Below, in pieces: positions 13,780 to 31,555 of a stretch of 64,000 nt of DNA. The position numbers were made by a program, and so were the translations under genes. The DNA is from the human T2T-CHM13v2.0 reference genome, Homo sapiens, in the NCBI RefSeq assembly GCF_009914755.1, contig NC_060928.1. One strand, given 5' to 3'. Every line of letters begins with the position of its first letter. Within the stretch, counting starts at the first letter, position 1. The notes under the pieces are model-generated. The model saw only the letters and a program-made list of their open reading frames with translations, ran no database searches and had not been told where the DNA came from.

Positions 13780-14350
13780 CCTAAATTCCCCTCCAGCTCC
13801 TTGTTTTACGTATTTTGAAGCTATATTACTAGGCAAATAAACCCTGATAATTGTTATGTCCTTTTGATGAAGTGACTCCACTATCATTATGAAATGACTT
13901 CCTTTATCATTAGGAATATTCTTTGCTGTGAAATCTACTGCCAATTGGTGCAACGATTCCAGCTTTCTTTTGACTCATGTTAGCATGGTATATCTTTTCA
14001 ACTTTTACTTTGAACCTATTTGTACCTTATATTTAAACTGCATTTTTTGTAGGGAGTGTATAGTTGGGTCTTGCTTTTTTCCCCCTCTGCCTTTTAATTG
14101 GACTACTTAAACCATTTAAGCCATTAACATTTAATGTGATTGTTGATATGGTTAAATTTAACTCTATCATCTTACTACATAGTTTCCATTTTTACTATCT
14201 GCTCTTTGTTTTCTTTTTGCCCCTTTTTTACTTCTTTTAAATTGGGTCAATGTTATATTTTTAGCTATAACTCCTTGTTTTAGCTATAACTCCTTGTTGT
14301 GTTATTGTAATCGTTGCATTAGTGGTTACAGTGTATATCTTTAACTTACT
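13780..14350 (-). mobile_element. Ancient L1M fragment (ORF2 endonuclease region), left part
   Basis: Minus-strand peptide NDKGSHFIMIVESLHQKDITIIRVYLPSNIASKYVKQ resembles L1 endonuclease; split by the young L1. Confidence 0.8.
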
Positions 14351-14493
14351 GGGGGAGGAGCCAAGATGGCTGAATAGGAACAGCTCCGGTCTACAGCTCC
14401 CAGCGTGAGCGACGCAGAAGACCGGTGATTTCTGCATTTCCATCTGAGGTACAGGGTTCTTCTCACTAGGGAGTGACAGACAGTGGGCGCAGG

Positions 14494-14802
14494 TCAGTGG
14501 GTGTGCGCACCGTGCGCAAGCCAAAGCAGGGCAAGGCATTGCCTCACTTGGGAAGCGCAAGGGGTCAGGGAGTTCCCTTTCCGAGTCAAAGAAAGGGGTG
14601 ACGGACAGCACCTGGAAAATCGGGTCACTTCCACCAGAATACTGCGCTTTTCTGACGGGCTTAAAAAACGGCGCACCACGAGATTATATCCCACACCTGG
14701 CTCAGAGGGTGCTATGCCCACGGAGTCTCGCTGATTGCTAGCACAGCAGTCTGAGATCAAACTGCAAGGCAGCAGCGAGGCTGGGGGAGGGGCGCCCACC
14801 AT
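14494..14802 (-). CDS. L1 antisense ORF0-like reading frame (open, 102 aa)
   Basis: MVGAPPPASLLPCSLISDCCASNQRDSVG... matches the primate L1 ORF0 N-terminus; expression unknown. Confidence 0.55.
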   Translation of the reverse strand: MVGAPPPASLLPCSLISDCCASNQRDSVGIAPSEPGVGYNLVVRRFLSPSEKRSILVEVTRFSRCCPSPLSLTRKGNSLTPCASQVRQCLALLWLAHGAHTH

Positions 14803-15257
14803 TGCCCAAGCTTGATTAGGTAAACAAAGCAGCCTGGAAGCTCGAACTGGGTGGAGCCCACCACAGCTCAAGGAGGCCTGCCTGCCTCTGTAGGCTCCAC
14901 CTCTGGGGGCAGGGCAAAGACAAACAAAAAGACAGCAGTAACCTCTGCAGACTTAAATGTCCCTGTCTGACAGCTTTGAAGAGAGCAGTGGTTCTCCCAG
15001 CACGCAGCTGGAGATCTCAGAACGGGCAGACTGCCTCCTCAAGTGGGTTCCTGACCCCTGACCCCCGAGCAGCCTAACTGGGAGGCACCCCCCAGCAGGG
15101 GCACACTGACACCTCACACGGCAGGGTATTCCAACAGACCTGCAGCTGAGGGTCCTGTCTGTTAGAAGGAAAACTAACAAACAGAAAGGACATCCACACC
15201 AAAAACCCATCTGTACATCACCATCATCAAAGACCAAAAGTAGATAAAACCACAAAG

Positions 15258-16275
15258 ATGGGGAAAAAACAGAACAGAAAAACTGGAAACTCTAAAAAGC
15301 AGAGTGCCTCTCCTCCTCCAAAGGAATGCAGTTACTCACCAGCAATGGAACAAAGCTGGATGGAGAATGACTTTGACGAGCTGAGAGAAGAAGGCTTCAG
15401 ATGATCAAATTACTCTGAGCTACGGGAGGACATTCAAACCAAAGGCAAAGAAGTTGAAAACTTTGAAAAAAATTTAGAAGAATGTATAACTAGAATAACC
15501 AATACAGAGAAGTGTTTAAAGGAGCTGATGGAGCTGAAAACCAAGGCTCGAGAACTATGTGAAGAATGCAGAAGCCTCAGGAGCCGATGCGATCAACTGG
15601 AAGAAAACGGTATCAGCGATGGAAGATGAAATGAATGAAATGAAGCGAGAAGGGAAGTTTAGAGAAAAAATAATAAAAAGAAATGAGCAAAGCCTCCAAG
15701 AAATATGGGACTATGTGAAAAGACCAAATCTACGTCTGATTGGTGTACCTGAAAGTGATGGGGAGAATGGAACCAAGTTGGAAAACACGCTGCAAGATAT
15801 TATCCAGGAGAACTTCCCCAATCTAGCAAGGCAGGTCAACGTTCAGATTCAGGAAATACAGAGAACGGCACAAAGATACTCCTGGAGAAGAGCAACTCCA
15901 AGACACATAATTGTCAGATTCACCAAAGTTGAAATGAAGGAAAAAATGTTAAGGGGAGCCAGAGAGAAAGGTCGGGTTACCCTCAAAGGGAAGCCCATCA
16001 GACTAACAGCGGATCTCTCGGCAGAAACTCCACAAGCCAGAAGAGACTGGGGGCCAATATTCAACATTCTTAAAGAAAAGAATTTTCAACCCAGAATTTC
16101 ACATCCAGCCAAACTAAGCTTCATAAGCGAAGGAGAAATAAAATACTTTACAGAAAAGCAAATGCTGAGAGATTTTGTCACCACCAGGCCTGCCCTAAAA
16201 GAGCTCCTGAAGGAAGCGCTAAATATGGAAAGGAACAACCGGTACCAGCCGCTGCAAAATCATGCCAAAATGTAA
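15258..16275 (+). pseudogene. L1 ORF1p, disrupted
   Basis: ATG GGG AAA AAA CAG start and ...QNHAKM stop; premature TGA near 15403 and a 1-nt frameshift near 15607. Confidence 0.93.
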
Positions 16276-16338
16276 AGACCATCAAGACTAGGAAGAAACT
16301 GCATCAACTAACGAGCAAAATAACCAGCTAACATCATA

Positions 16339-20160
<3,822 letters not shown>

Positions 20161-20418
20161 ACAGTGAGATCACATGGACACAGGAAGGGGAATATCACAC
20201 TCTGGGGACAGTTGTGGGGTGGGGGGAGGGGGGAGGGATAGCATTGGGAGATATACCTAATGCTAGATGACGAGTTAGTGGGTGCAGCGCACCAGCATGG
20301 CACAAGTATACATATGTAACTAACCTGCGCAATGTGCACATGTACCCTAAAACTTAAAGTATAATAAAAAAAAAAGATTTATATAAAAAGACAAAACTTA
20401 AAAAAAAAAAAACTTACT

Positions 20419-21355
20419 ATAGTATACTTTCAAGTGATATTACTCCACTTCATATAGAGTGTAAAAACCTTGCAATAGTATACATCCATTTGTTTCGTCC
20501 TAACTTTTATGCTTTTATACTAAATTTTATGCTGTCATGCAGTATGCTTTTAATTAGGTTATAACTCTCATCTACATTACTATTATTTTTTGAACAATTG
20601 TCTTTTAAAGAAATTTAAGCAAGACAAAATTTCTATATTTACCCACATAGTTATCATTTCCCATGTTCTTCTTTCTTTATATATATCCTTTTTCCAGCTG
20701 GTCCCATCTTCCTTCCGCCTGAAGGACTTCCTGTAATATTTCTTGTAGTGCAGGTCTGCAGCTGATGAATTCTTTCAGCTTTTATAATTCTTAAAAAGTC
20801 TATATTCTACCTTTGTTTTTGTTTTTTGTTTTGCTGGATATAGAATTCTGGTTTAGCAGGATTTTTTTACTTCTTCTTTTCTTTCTTAATTTAAAGCTGC
20901 TGCTGGTCCACTATCTTCTCACTTGCATTTTTTTCTGAAAGGACAGCTGCTGTCATTCTTTGTTCCTCAGTACATAACGTTTCCTTTTTCTCTGGCTGCT
21001 TTGGTATTTCCTGTTTAACATTGGTTTTGAATATTTTGATTATAATGTCTCTGTATAGTTTTCTTTACGTTTTTTTGTGCTTAGGTTCCATTGATCTTAG
21101 ATGTATCAGTTTATAGTTTTCATCTAATTTGGAAATTTTCAGACATTATTTCTTTAAATATCTTTTTTCGTCACCCTTCTTTTTAGGGGGATTTCACTTA
21201 CACACATATTTAGCCACTTGAAGTTTTCTGATAGCTCATTGATGCTTATTTCCATTTTTTACTTTTTTTTTATCTTTCAGTGTTTCATTTTGGTTAGTTT
21301 TTATTGCTATGTCTCCAAGTTTACAAATATTTTCTTCTGGAACATCCAATCTATT
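20419..21355 (-). mobile_element. Ancient L1M fragment (ORF1 / inter-ORF region), right part
   Basis: T-rich antisense L1-like sequence continuing after the young L1 TSD. Confidence 0.65.
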
Positions 21356-22049
21356 AATGTGATGGGGACGCTTCTTCACAAAAATGACAACCACCAAATG
21401 CAGAAGGAATGATAGAATTAGAAAATCACTGATTATCGACTCTCAACTGATTAATGGACTCAGGCAAGGATGAACAATAGATGCTAAAATATCGGGTGAA
21501 AACAGTTCTGTAAATATTTATCTACTCATCAAGACAAGATAAATTACACTCAACATATATCATTTTTAGAATCTGAAAAGTATGTATTACTTTAGGAAGA
21601 TTGCTATCAAAATGATTTTAAAAGTAGGGAGCAGAGAGCAGTGAAGCTCTGGTACAGAGATCAACCATAGAGAGTTCTAGGCGTTTGGAAAAGTCATTAC
21701 ATGGAACGTAATTCCCTGACCCTGCCAGTAAATAATAATAATAATTAAATTTTGTGTGTCCAACTGCCCCCTGAAAGTCTTTGGATAATGGCTTCCAAGG
21801 GTGTCAAGAGAGAAGGTACAGGTGACTGGTAGCTGAAAGTCACCTGAAATATACTGTGTTGGGCAAGGACAGCATCTGCAATAAGTGTCCCTCAAACAAT
21901 TCATCGCAGATTTGTTTCTATTGTTATTTGATTTATGGCTGAATTCCCCAACTAGACTGTAAGTACAAGGAAAGGACCTGGTCTTTTTTTGTACACCAGC
22001 ATTTAACAGGGTAACCGGCACACAGAAGGAACTTGATAACTACTTCTCA

Positions 22050-22563
<514 letters not shown>

Positions 22564-23919
22564 CTATGAGGTGTACTAACTTCTAAGTGCCCTGAAGCAG
22601 AAACGTAGCCTGTTCCCTTCACTATTTTAATCCTAACACCAAGAGTGCCTGGCATATAGTAGGCATTCAATAAATATTTGCTGAACCAATAAATTAGAAT
22701 AGCGGTCTCCACCAGACTTCATGAGGGCAAAGGCAATCTTTGTAATAGCTCTGGTATCAAGCACAGAGCCCTGCACATAGTAATGGTTCAATAAACAAGG
22801 AGCAAATTAATGACTGATGAGTACATGAATCGCATCTACACTTCCTTATTAAACTGAGTGAAGGCTGCAAATGTTCCAAAGAGAAGCACCTCAGAGAAGT
22901 CCACAGGGCTCTAGCAGAATGTGCACAGGAGGCCAGGTTGGTAGGGGGCTGGCCTGCCTGGTGAGGCCTCGCCTTCTGTGGTCCCCACCTCCCTGGAGCC
23001 CTGGAGCTGGACTCATTCTGACTTTGCCAGGAAAGGGCTAGCTATGAACTCTGACTTCCCCCTCCAGAGAGTGTCCATGTCAATGTTTTCCTGTTCAGTG
23101 GCCAGGCTGGCTTAGCCCTGGGCCAAAAGGCTCCCTGAGGAGGGCTCTCTGGAGTCTGGACTGGCAGTGGGTGTTGCCTCCACTGAGCCTGAGAGGAAAT
23201 GGTCCAGAAGAAGTAGGACCATCATCCAGAAAGAGACGTCAACAATTCAGTATTATTTTTGGAGCTCTGAACCTGAAAGTAGAAGTTTTGTTAAAGCACC
23301 AACCAAATTTTAAAAAATAAAATTAAGCAAATAAAATAAAGCAGAGAAAGCTAGACTAACCTTCCTGCTAATAAACTCAGAATTTAAGAGAGTATTGCAC
23401 TCTGAAACCAGGACTTTTCTCAGAGACTCATGGAGCTGTATTGTTCATATGGTCTGTGATTTGTTTCTGACCTCTTAGTATACCTGCCACGTATGCCTCA
23501 AATCCTATGACAGCAGGTGCCACCAAGACAAAGCTTTCTCTATACAGGACAAAGCTCCAGACAAAGGCTCATTCATTCATGCTACAGTGTAGGAAACTGC
23601 ATTCCAGTATGTTGAAAGCATCCACTACCTCCCGGATTTTGTAGCACTGGATTTGAATTGATCCAAACTCTTAAATTCAAATCTTCCAAAAGAAAAAAGG
23701 AAAGGAAAAGCAGCTCACCCCCACCTGGTAGAGCCCTGACAGGCTAAGGAAAACTCCAATTTGATTCAGATTGGATCAGAGTCAATTACTAGCCATGTGA
23801 AGAGAGGAGCTTCTCCTACTTCATCAGGTCCCTGAAAAGAAAATAATTGCTTTAGCTCCTTGCTACTCAACCTGTGGATCCTGAATCAACAGCATCACAT
23901 CATCTGGGAACTTTCAGAA

Positions 23920-24685
23920 CTAAAAATCCTTATGACCTTGGTTTAGGCAAGATTTCTTGGATATGACACCAAAAGTAAAAACAACAAAAGGAAAAAAATA
24001 CATAAATTGGACATCATCAAGTTTGTGCTTCAAAGCACACTGTCAAGAAAGAGAACAGACATCCCACAAATGGGAGAAAATATTTTCAAATTAAATATCT
24101 GACCATGATCTAGTATCCAGGATATCCAAGGAGCACTTACAACTCAGTAATAAAAAGACAAAAAAAAAAGATTTTAAAATGAGCAAGGGATTTGAATAGA
24201 CATTTCTCTAAAGAAGATAGGCAAATGGCCAATAATCACATGAAAAGATGCTCAACATCCTAATCATTAGGGAAATCCAAGTCAAAACCATACCCACTTC
24301 ACATCCACTTGGATGGCTGTAATAAAAAAATCAGACAATTCATGCTACAACACAGATAAACCTTGAAGACGTTATGCTTAGTGAAAGAAGCCAGACACAG
24401 AAGGCCCTATATTATATGATTCCATTTGTAGGAAATGTTCAGAATAGGCAAATCCATAGAGACAGTAGGGAAAGTAGATTTGGGGTTGCCAGGGGCTGTG
24501 AGGAGAGAAAAACAGGGAGTACTTTCAATAAGTATGAGATTTCTCGGGTAATGAAGATCGTCTAGATGGTGGTGATGGTGTCACAACCTTGTAAATATAC
24601 TAAAAGTCACTGAATCTGATACTTTAAAAGGTTGAATTTTATGATAGGTGAATTATATCACAATAAACAATGAAGAAAAAGAAAA
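23920..24685 (+). mobile_element. L1MB-type 3' fragment inserted in a MER5-like element (about 23860-24782)
   Basis: L1 ORF2 3' and 3'UTR motifs (atgcttagtgaaagaagccagacac, ggttgccaggggctg); MER5-like halves on both sides. Confidence 0.7.
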
Positions 24686-25258
24686 AAGATCTCAGGCCCC
24701 ACCCCAGACCCCTCTATCAACATCTGTGTTATAACAAGATCCTCAGATCACAGAAGTGCACATTAAAGTCTGAGGAGCACCAATGTGACACTGGTTGGCA
24801 TACGTGGCTGCAAATTGGAATCACTTGAGGAGTTTTCACAGCCACTCCCTGATGTGCTGAGCTGTCTTTCTGTGTCTCATCTGCTCAACTCACCTGGAAG
24901 CTCCTGGGGTGTCTAGGATGGGCCTCATACTTCATGATGGTTACCAGCCCTTGCAAGGCCCCTTTTGGTGCTCAAAAACACATATTGCTTGAATTAAGAG
25001 CAGGAACTCTGGGCCAGACTGTCTCGTTCAACTTGTAGCAGTGCCACTGACTAGCTATGAGAAATTGGACAAATCACTTAATATCTCATGCCTCAGTTTA
25101 TTGGGGATAATAATACCTACTTCATAGGGTTGCAGAAGGGAATAAACTACTTAATATATATAAAGTACTTAGAATAACACCTGGCCTGCGGTAAGCATTA
25201 TATATATGTATTAGATATTATTATTATATATGCAAATATTGTTTCTTAATAATATTCT

Positions 25259-25552
25259 GTCCAGGCGCAATGGCTCATGTCCATAATCCCAATGCTTTGG
25301 GAGGCTGAGGCAGGCAGATCACTTGAAGCCAGGAGTTAAAGACCAGTCTAGTTAACATGGTGAAACCCCATCTCTACTAAAAATATAAATTAGCCTGGTG
25401 TGGTGGCACACGCCTGTAACCCCAGCTGCTCAGGAAGCTGAGGCACAAGAATCACTTGAAGCTGGAAGGCGGAGGTTGCAGATCCCGCCACTGCACTCCA
25501 GCCAGGTTGACAGAGTGAGACTGTCTCTGTCTCAAATAATAATAATAATAAT
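25259..25552 (+). mobile_element. Alu (S/J) with internal deletion and (AAT)n tail
   Basis: Recognisable dimer, missing part of the right arm. Confidence 0.85.
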
Positions 25553-27970
25553 ATTCTTATATACTCCACTATTATACATTGTATATTATTATGTTAATAG
25601 TAGCAACTATTGAACTCTGACCATGTACCAGGCACTGAGCTGGTGTTTCATATTATTTTATGTAATTTTTGCAATCATTCTATGAGATGGGAATTCATTC
25701 AGCAAATATTTAGTAAGGACCTGTCAACAATGTACCTGACCCAGATGAGAAATTGAAGTCCAGGGAAGGTAAGGGACCTACCCACAGTCACAGAGCTAAT
25801 GGCAAAGGCTCCAGTCTGACTACAGAATCTAGGCTCTTGCCCTCACCTTCTGTGGTCTTTCTTCAAAAGGGTGCAAACTGGCAGGAGAAATGCAAAAGCA
25901 AGATGCCAGTTGGGTCCAGGTGTGTGGTGGGGGAGTCCAGGAATTCCAAGCAAGGGCATTTGGAGTGGCCCTTGGGATCAAGGCATTTGGTCACCTTAGA
26001 GGTGGATGTGTGGGCAGCCCCTGCCCAGTGGAGGTTGGGTGCCAGGGGATGGAGGGCAGAGGGTCACTGTGATTGCGCTGGGCTTTCAGGACCCTTAATC
26101 CCTGCTACAGCAGGAAACACTCCTGGGAACACAAAGGCATCTCTCTCCTGGAGCCCCAGCAGCCACCCAGGCTGGGAAACTTCACCTCTCAAACAGGACA
26201 GCAGCAGCCCAGTGGCCAGGCTCAGCTGACAGGTTCACTCATACAAAACTTATCACTCGGTCATTTAACCCCTTAGCCTCCAAAGCAGAAATCCACAAAT
26301 CCCCTGCACTTATTGACCTGTCTCTTTTCTTAGCAACTTTATGCTCTAAAGCTGCTGAATGCAGAAGACAGAAATTGAAGCAGATCTCCAAATGACCATC
26401 AAGAGTTGTGCAAACACACCATGTCCCATGTCCACATAAGGCCCCCACCCTCAACTCCAAATTGCCTCAAACTGTCAGAAGTTCTCTACCTCCACCTCTA
26501 AAGGCCTGAAAAAGAAAGTCCCTTATGGGCTCTAACTCTTTCCATTATTCAAACACAAACGATGTTTAAATAAGCATTGTTATTGTATATTCGGATTTCA
26601 AAGTGGGCTTTTCCCCATCCAGATGTTATTGCTTACATGACTGTCTACATCCAGAGAAACACTGCTGAGGACGCCGCCTCTGAGACACTGTTCTATAACT
26701 CACCACTTGGCTGTTCTCTTTCCAAAAAAAAAAAAAAAAAAGACTGTTTTTGATGTAAAACACTAGTTGATTTCAGAATGTGGCTTTCTCCCTGCTAAAC
26801 TTTCTCCTCACTTACCCTACCCAACAAGAAGTCTCTCTCCTAATGGAATTGCTGGAACCACTTACCCTCCATTAAGACGCTAACCTATTTCAGAGAGGAG
26901 GGAAGAAAAAGAGATATCTAAGTGAGTAAATTGACTCAGACGGAATGAAAGATTGTGGAGACATTCCCGTTTTGTGAGTGTTTTTTGGGGTTAGGGAATG
27001 GTAGGCAGGGAGGAGAGAGGGGGATTAGACCCCCAGAATCATATTTTGACCCTGTTCTCCCAAAGCAAGGAATAATTAGGCTAGCTGCTTAGTGAAATTA
27101 GAATCACATTTGGTTTTAATTTAATCTTTACTTTCACACTTGGATGGATGCCAAGATTGAAAGTCACTGTAACATGAATCCACATTTTTTTTAAGTTTTA
27201 AGTTTTGATATGATTAAGTCCATTTTAGACTTTTATAAAAATTAAAAGTTTTAAGTGAAGTGCAAATGATCTCACCACCTCAATATAGCAACTCATCTGA
27301 TGTTCTTGCTTCTGTGTGTGTATGTGTTTAAGCATATTACCTAAATATGGGTATCTGGTCTGATTCTGGAACAGAGTTGGGCCTAGATGATTCTACAAGG
27401 GATGGAGAGGTGGAGAGTGGGGTGGGGGACACTGATAGCAGATGCCAAGGAGTTCAGTCTTGTATTAAGGGAGGCGGTGTGGTGGAAATATTGTGGATTT
27501 TGGAGTCAAAAGACCTGGCTCCTAGCCTGACTCAATCATTTACCAACCTGACTTTATCATTTGGATAAGTCAAGTAACTACTGTAAACTTAGGCCTTCTC
27601 TTCTCTCAAGGGGACAAAAGACAACTAATTTGCAGAGAGGGTTAGTGGTAATGTGTAAAAAGCATATTAGCTATTATTATAACATATAATTTTCCCATAG
27701 TTAGCGTTCAATTGAACTATGTAGCCAATTTGCTGTCTTTCTTGTGTCACCTAGCTGTATTGTTAAATGTACACTGCACCATTTTCCGTCAATTTTTGTG
27801 CCTTTGAGTAGCATTCTGGTATCTCAGATCAAGAGGCTAAAATAAATTTTATTTCTAAAAGTAGTAGGAAGCACATTCTTTGCCCTGACAGGGAGCAGCT
27901 GCATAGAAGAATGAGAGCAACAGCAATGACATTTCTTTCCACATAGTTAAGCACTTTCCCTGCCTTAGAG

Positions 27971-28200
27971 CAGAGTTTCTCAGCTTCGGCGCTAATGGCA
28001 CATTAGACCAGTTAATTCTGTTGTGTGGGGTTGTCCTGTGCTTTGTGGGATCTGTAGCAGCATCCCTGGCCTTTCCCCACTGGATGCCGGTTGCAGCCTC
28101 TCTATCCTAACCCGCTCACATTGGGACACCAAAAATGTCTCCAGACATTGCCAAATGTCTTCTGGCAGGTAAAATCAACCCCTAATGACAACAACTGCCT
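27971..28200 (+). mobile_element. MER20 (hAT-Charlie) element
   Basis: cagagtttctcagc...agcagcatccctggcc...ccaaaaatgtctccagacattgccaaatgtc. Confidence 0.8.
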
Positions 28201-29882
28201 AATAGCATTTAACCCTCACAGCAAACAAATAAGGTTGGAATAAGCATTATTCCCATTTACAAAAGAGGAGACTGAGGGTGCAAGCAGGTACGTGACATAA
28301 TGGAATAGGACTCAGACCCGCCTATGATCGTTCCACCTACAAAGGGCTCTGAGAACTGAAGAGTTACTGGACCATCTCCCGTTTCATCTATAGAGCCCTG
28401 AGCAGAGGCAGGGAGGGCAAGTTGGCTGCTTCCAGAGAAAGGTGTAGCTGCTTCCAAGATCACTGCCTTCCCATGTTCAGCAGTGGAACCGGACTCTTTC
28501 GAGCTGGCATGGGGCAGCCAGGAATGAGAGGGACAGACCAAGAGAGTGGTGCTCCTAACCCTAGAGAAGAAAAGACTCCAAGGAGAGAGTTACCAACTGT
28601 GTCGGCTGCTGCTAATCACCTGCAAGAGGTCAGCTCAGCAGGGGAAAGCCGGCCGGTGGGGAGGTCCTAGAGGACCCTGAAGAGAGTTGGTCAAGTGGCT
28701 TAAACTAGTAATTTACACTAATGTATTATGAAATCCATGTTATATGCTATTATTTTTTAGATTAAAAATTGCATATGAGGGCCATGTTTACACTATTAAA
28801 TGCATTTCTAATTAAAAATATGATAGCATCTTATGAGGACTGTTCTACAAAGAGGATCATGGGCTTCAGGCCCTCCTCTTTTGGAACAAGTTTGAAAGCC
28901 TCAGAACTGTGACTTAGTTGATGAAGAAGATCGATAGTTGCCTGAGGGAAGGGGCTCAGATGAAATGGTCTCTCCTTTCCACGCAAAAAGGGGCACAGCC
29001 ATCACTATCAAATCTTCAGAACCAAAAATCAGGATGCGAAGTCCTAATGTAAACCAATGTCCATAAGTGATCCACCAGAACAGAAGATTGAAAACCAGAA
29101 CTGCCCTGGAAAATTCAAAATGTGAGAGGGCTGAGGCCCACATTTCATAAATGAAGGGGCAGGATTGTTAACTCGGGCCCATTATAAAATACTATGTGAT
29201 GGTAAAATGCTTGTTTCTGCCTTTCTAAATCGTGAGGCAACTTCCTTTCTGATCGCATGAATAAACTTGAAACTGCAACTGTATGAGCTTTGTGATACAA
29301 ACTTTCCCTTGCAATAAATGATATTATAAAGTGGGTTTAGGATAGAAATTCAGAAGAAAAACCCTTGACCTTGGGTCTGCTGCAGAATGCTATCAGGAGC
29401 AGAGTTCATCCACAGTAACACTGTCGCCATTACAGTTAGTAATTTCACAGGGTCCTAAATGATTCCCTGGGAGTATTTCACTGCCTTTGCTATTTTGTCC
29501 CAAAATTTTGACTCTGAAAATTTCGTTCACTCAAAAGCCTGGAAAGTAATGTTCTGTCTGGGGAAAGAAGGACATTTAAAATGTTTATCTGTTGCTAACA
29601 CTTCACCAACTCTTCCAGTTGGAATAGCTTAAAGTAAACAACACTAGGGAGCCTGTCCCTCAGAATCTTCCTGTCTTCTCTCCATCATCACCCCTCCTTC
29701 CCCATTTTGTTTCCAGCATTTTCAGAGTGGTATACAGTTTACGACATGCGTTGGCATTCAGGGTTTCCTGCAGGTCAGGAGACCTAGGCCACCTCCTTCG
29801 GCTAAGGCTGCCGGTATCCTCAAAGTGAAGCAGGGAAAGGCCAAAAGAAGGTTACAAAAATTACGATACAGTTAAAACATTT

Positions 29883-30153
29883 GGCCGGGTGTGGTGGCTC
29901 ACACCTGTAATCCCAACATTTTGGGTTCACTTGAGGTCAGGAGTTCAAGACCAGCCTGGCCAACATGGTGAAACCCCATCTCTACTAAAAATACAAAAAT
30001 AAGCTGGGAATGGTGGTACACACCTGTACTGCCAGTCCCTCAGGAGGTTCAGGGAGGAGAATGACTTGAACCCAGGAGGTGGAGGTTGCAGTGAGCCAAG
30101 ATTGCACCACTGCACTCCAGCCAGGGCAACAGAGTAAGACTCCATCTCAAAAA
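29883..30153 (+). mobile_element. AluSx-type with short left-arm deletion
   Basis: ggccgggtgtggtggctcac start, linker and short A-tail. Confidence 0.88.
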
Positions 30154-30556
30154 GTATATATACTTAACAAATTATTACCTTTAACATACATATACTAATG
30201 CAATACAATGCAATTATATTACATAGATATTATATGAACATGCTTGTGTGTGTATAATTTTTTAAAATTTAAATTTGAGACAATTTGTGAATATGAGGTC
30301 AAAAGACCTCCTTCTCTCTCCCCAACTACTCTTGTACCACCTTACCTTACTCACATCTATAGAACTTGGCTTTTCACAACAACTCTGCATGCATAAAAAT
30401 AATGTATAGAATTAGTATATTTTCACTTGATAAAGAAGGAAACCAAGGCCTAGAAGGTTGTATGAATTGCCTAAGATCACAAAGCTGAGTGCTGAGCAAG
30501 TGAATCAAACTTAACCTTTGTATTACAAATTCAGAGTTCTTTCCACTATGGGGCCT

Positions 30557-30927
30557 TGTCTTAGTCCATTTTGTGCTGCTATAACAGAATATCATGGACT
30601 GGGTAACTTACAGAGAAAATTTTACAGTTCTAGAGGCAGGAAAGTTCAAGGTTAAGGGGATGCATCTGATGAGAGTCTTCATGCTGCATCATACCGTGGT
30701 GGAAGGCAGAAGTTGAGAGAGGACCAGAAAAAGAGAGGGAGAGAGCCGACCTTATCTTTTTATCAGGAACCCACTCCCACAACAACTAATCCACTCCATT
30801 AATCCATTCATGAGAGCAGAGCCCTGATGACCTAATCACCTCTTGAAGGTCCTACCTGTCAGCACTGTTGCACTGGGGATTAAGTTCCCAACATATGAAC
30901 TTTGGTGAACACATCAAAACCGTATCA
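30557..30927 (-). mobile_element. MaLR solo LTR (MSTC/MSTD-like), antisense
   Basis: tgtcttagtccattttgtgctgctataacag...aaaccgtatca; 5-bp TSD ggcct/gacct. Confidence 0.8.
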
Positions 30928-31045
30928 GACCTCATGTCACCTCTTCCAAAATGCTTTCCCCAAATAATGAGAATTAACTATGATCCTCATGGTCAGAAAG
31001 ATGCACACACCCACTAGTCCGTAATTTAAAAGTAAACATGTGCTA

Positions 31046-31555
<510 letters not shown>

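Noticed and set aside
14259-14296. 19-bp tandem duplication about 55 bp upstream of the full-length L1 as its TSD
   Set aside because: Both copies are on the same side; the real TSD is aacttact. It is a simple slippage duplication in the old L1M.
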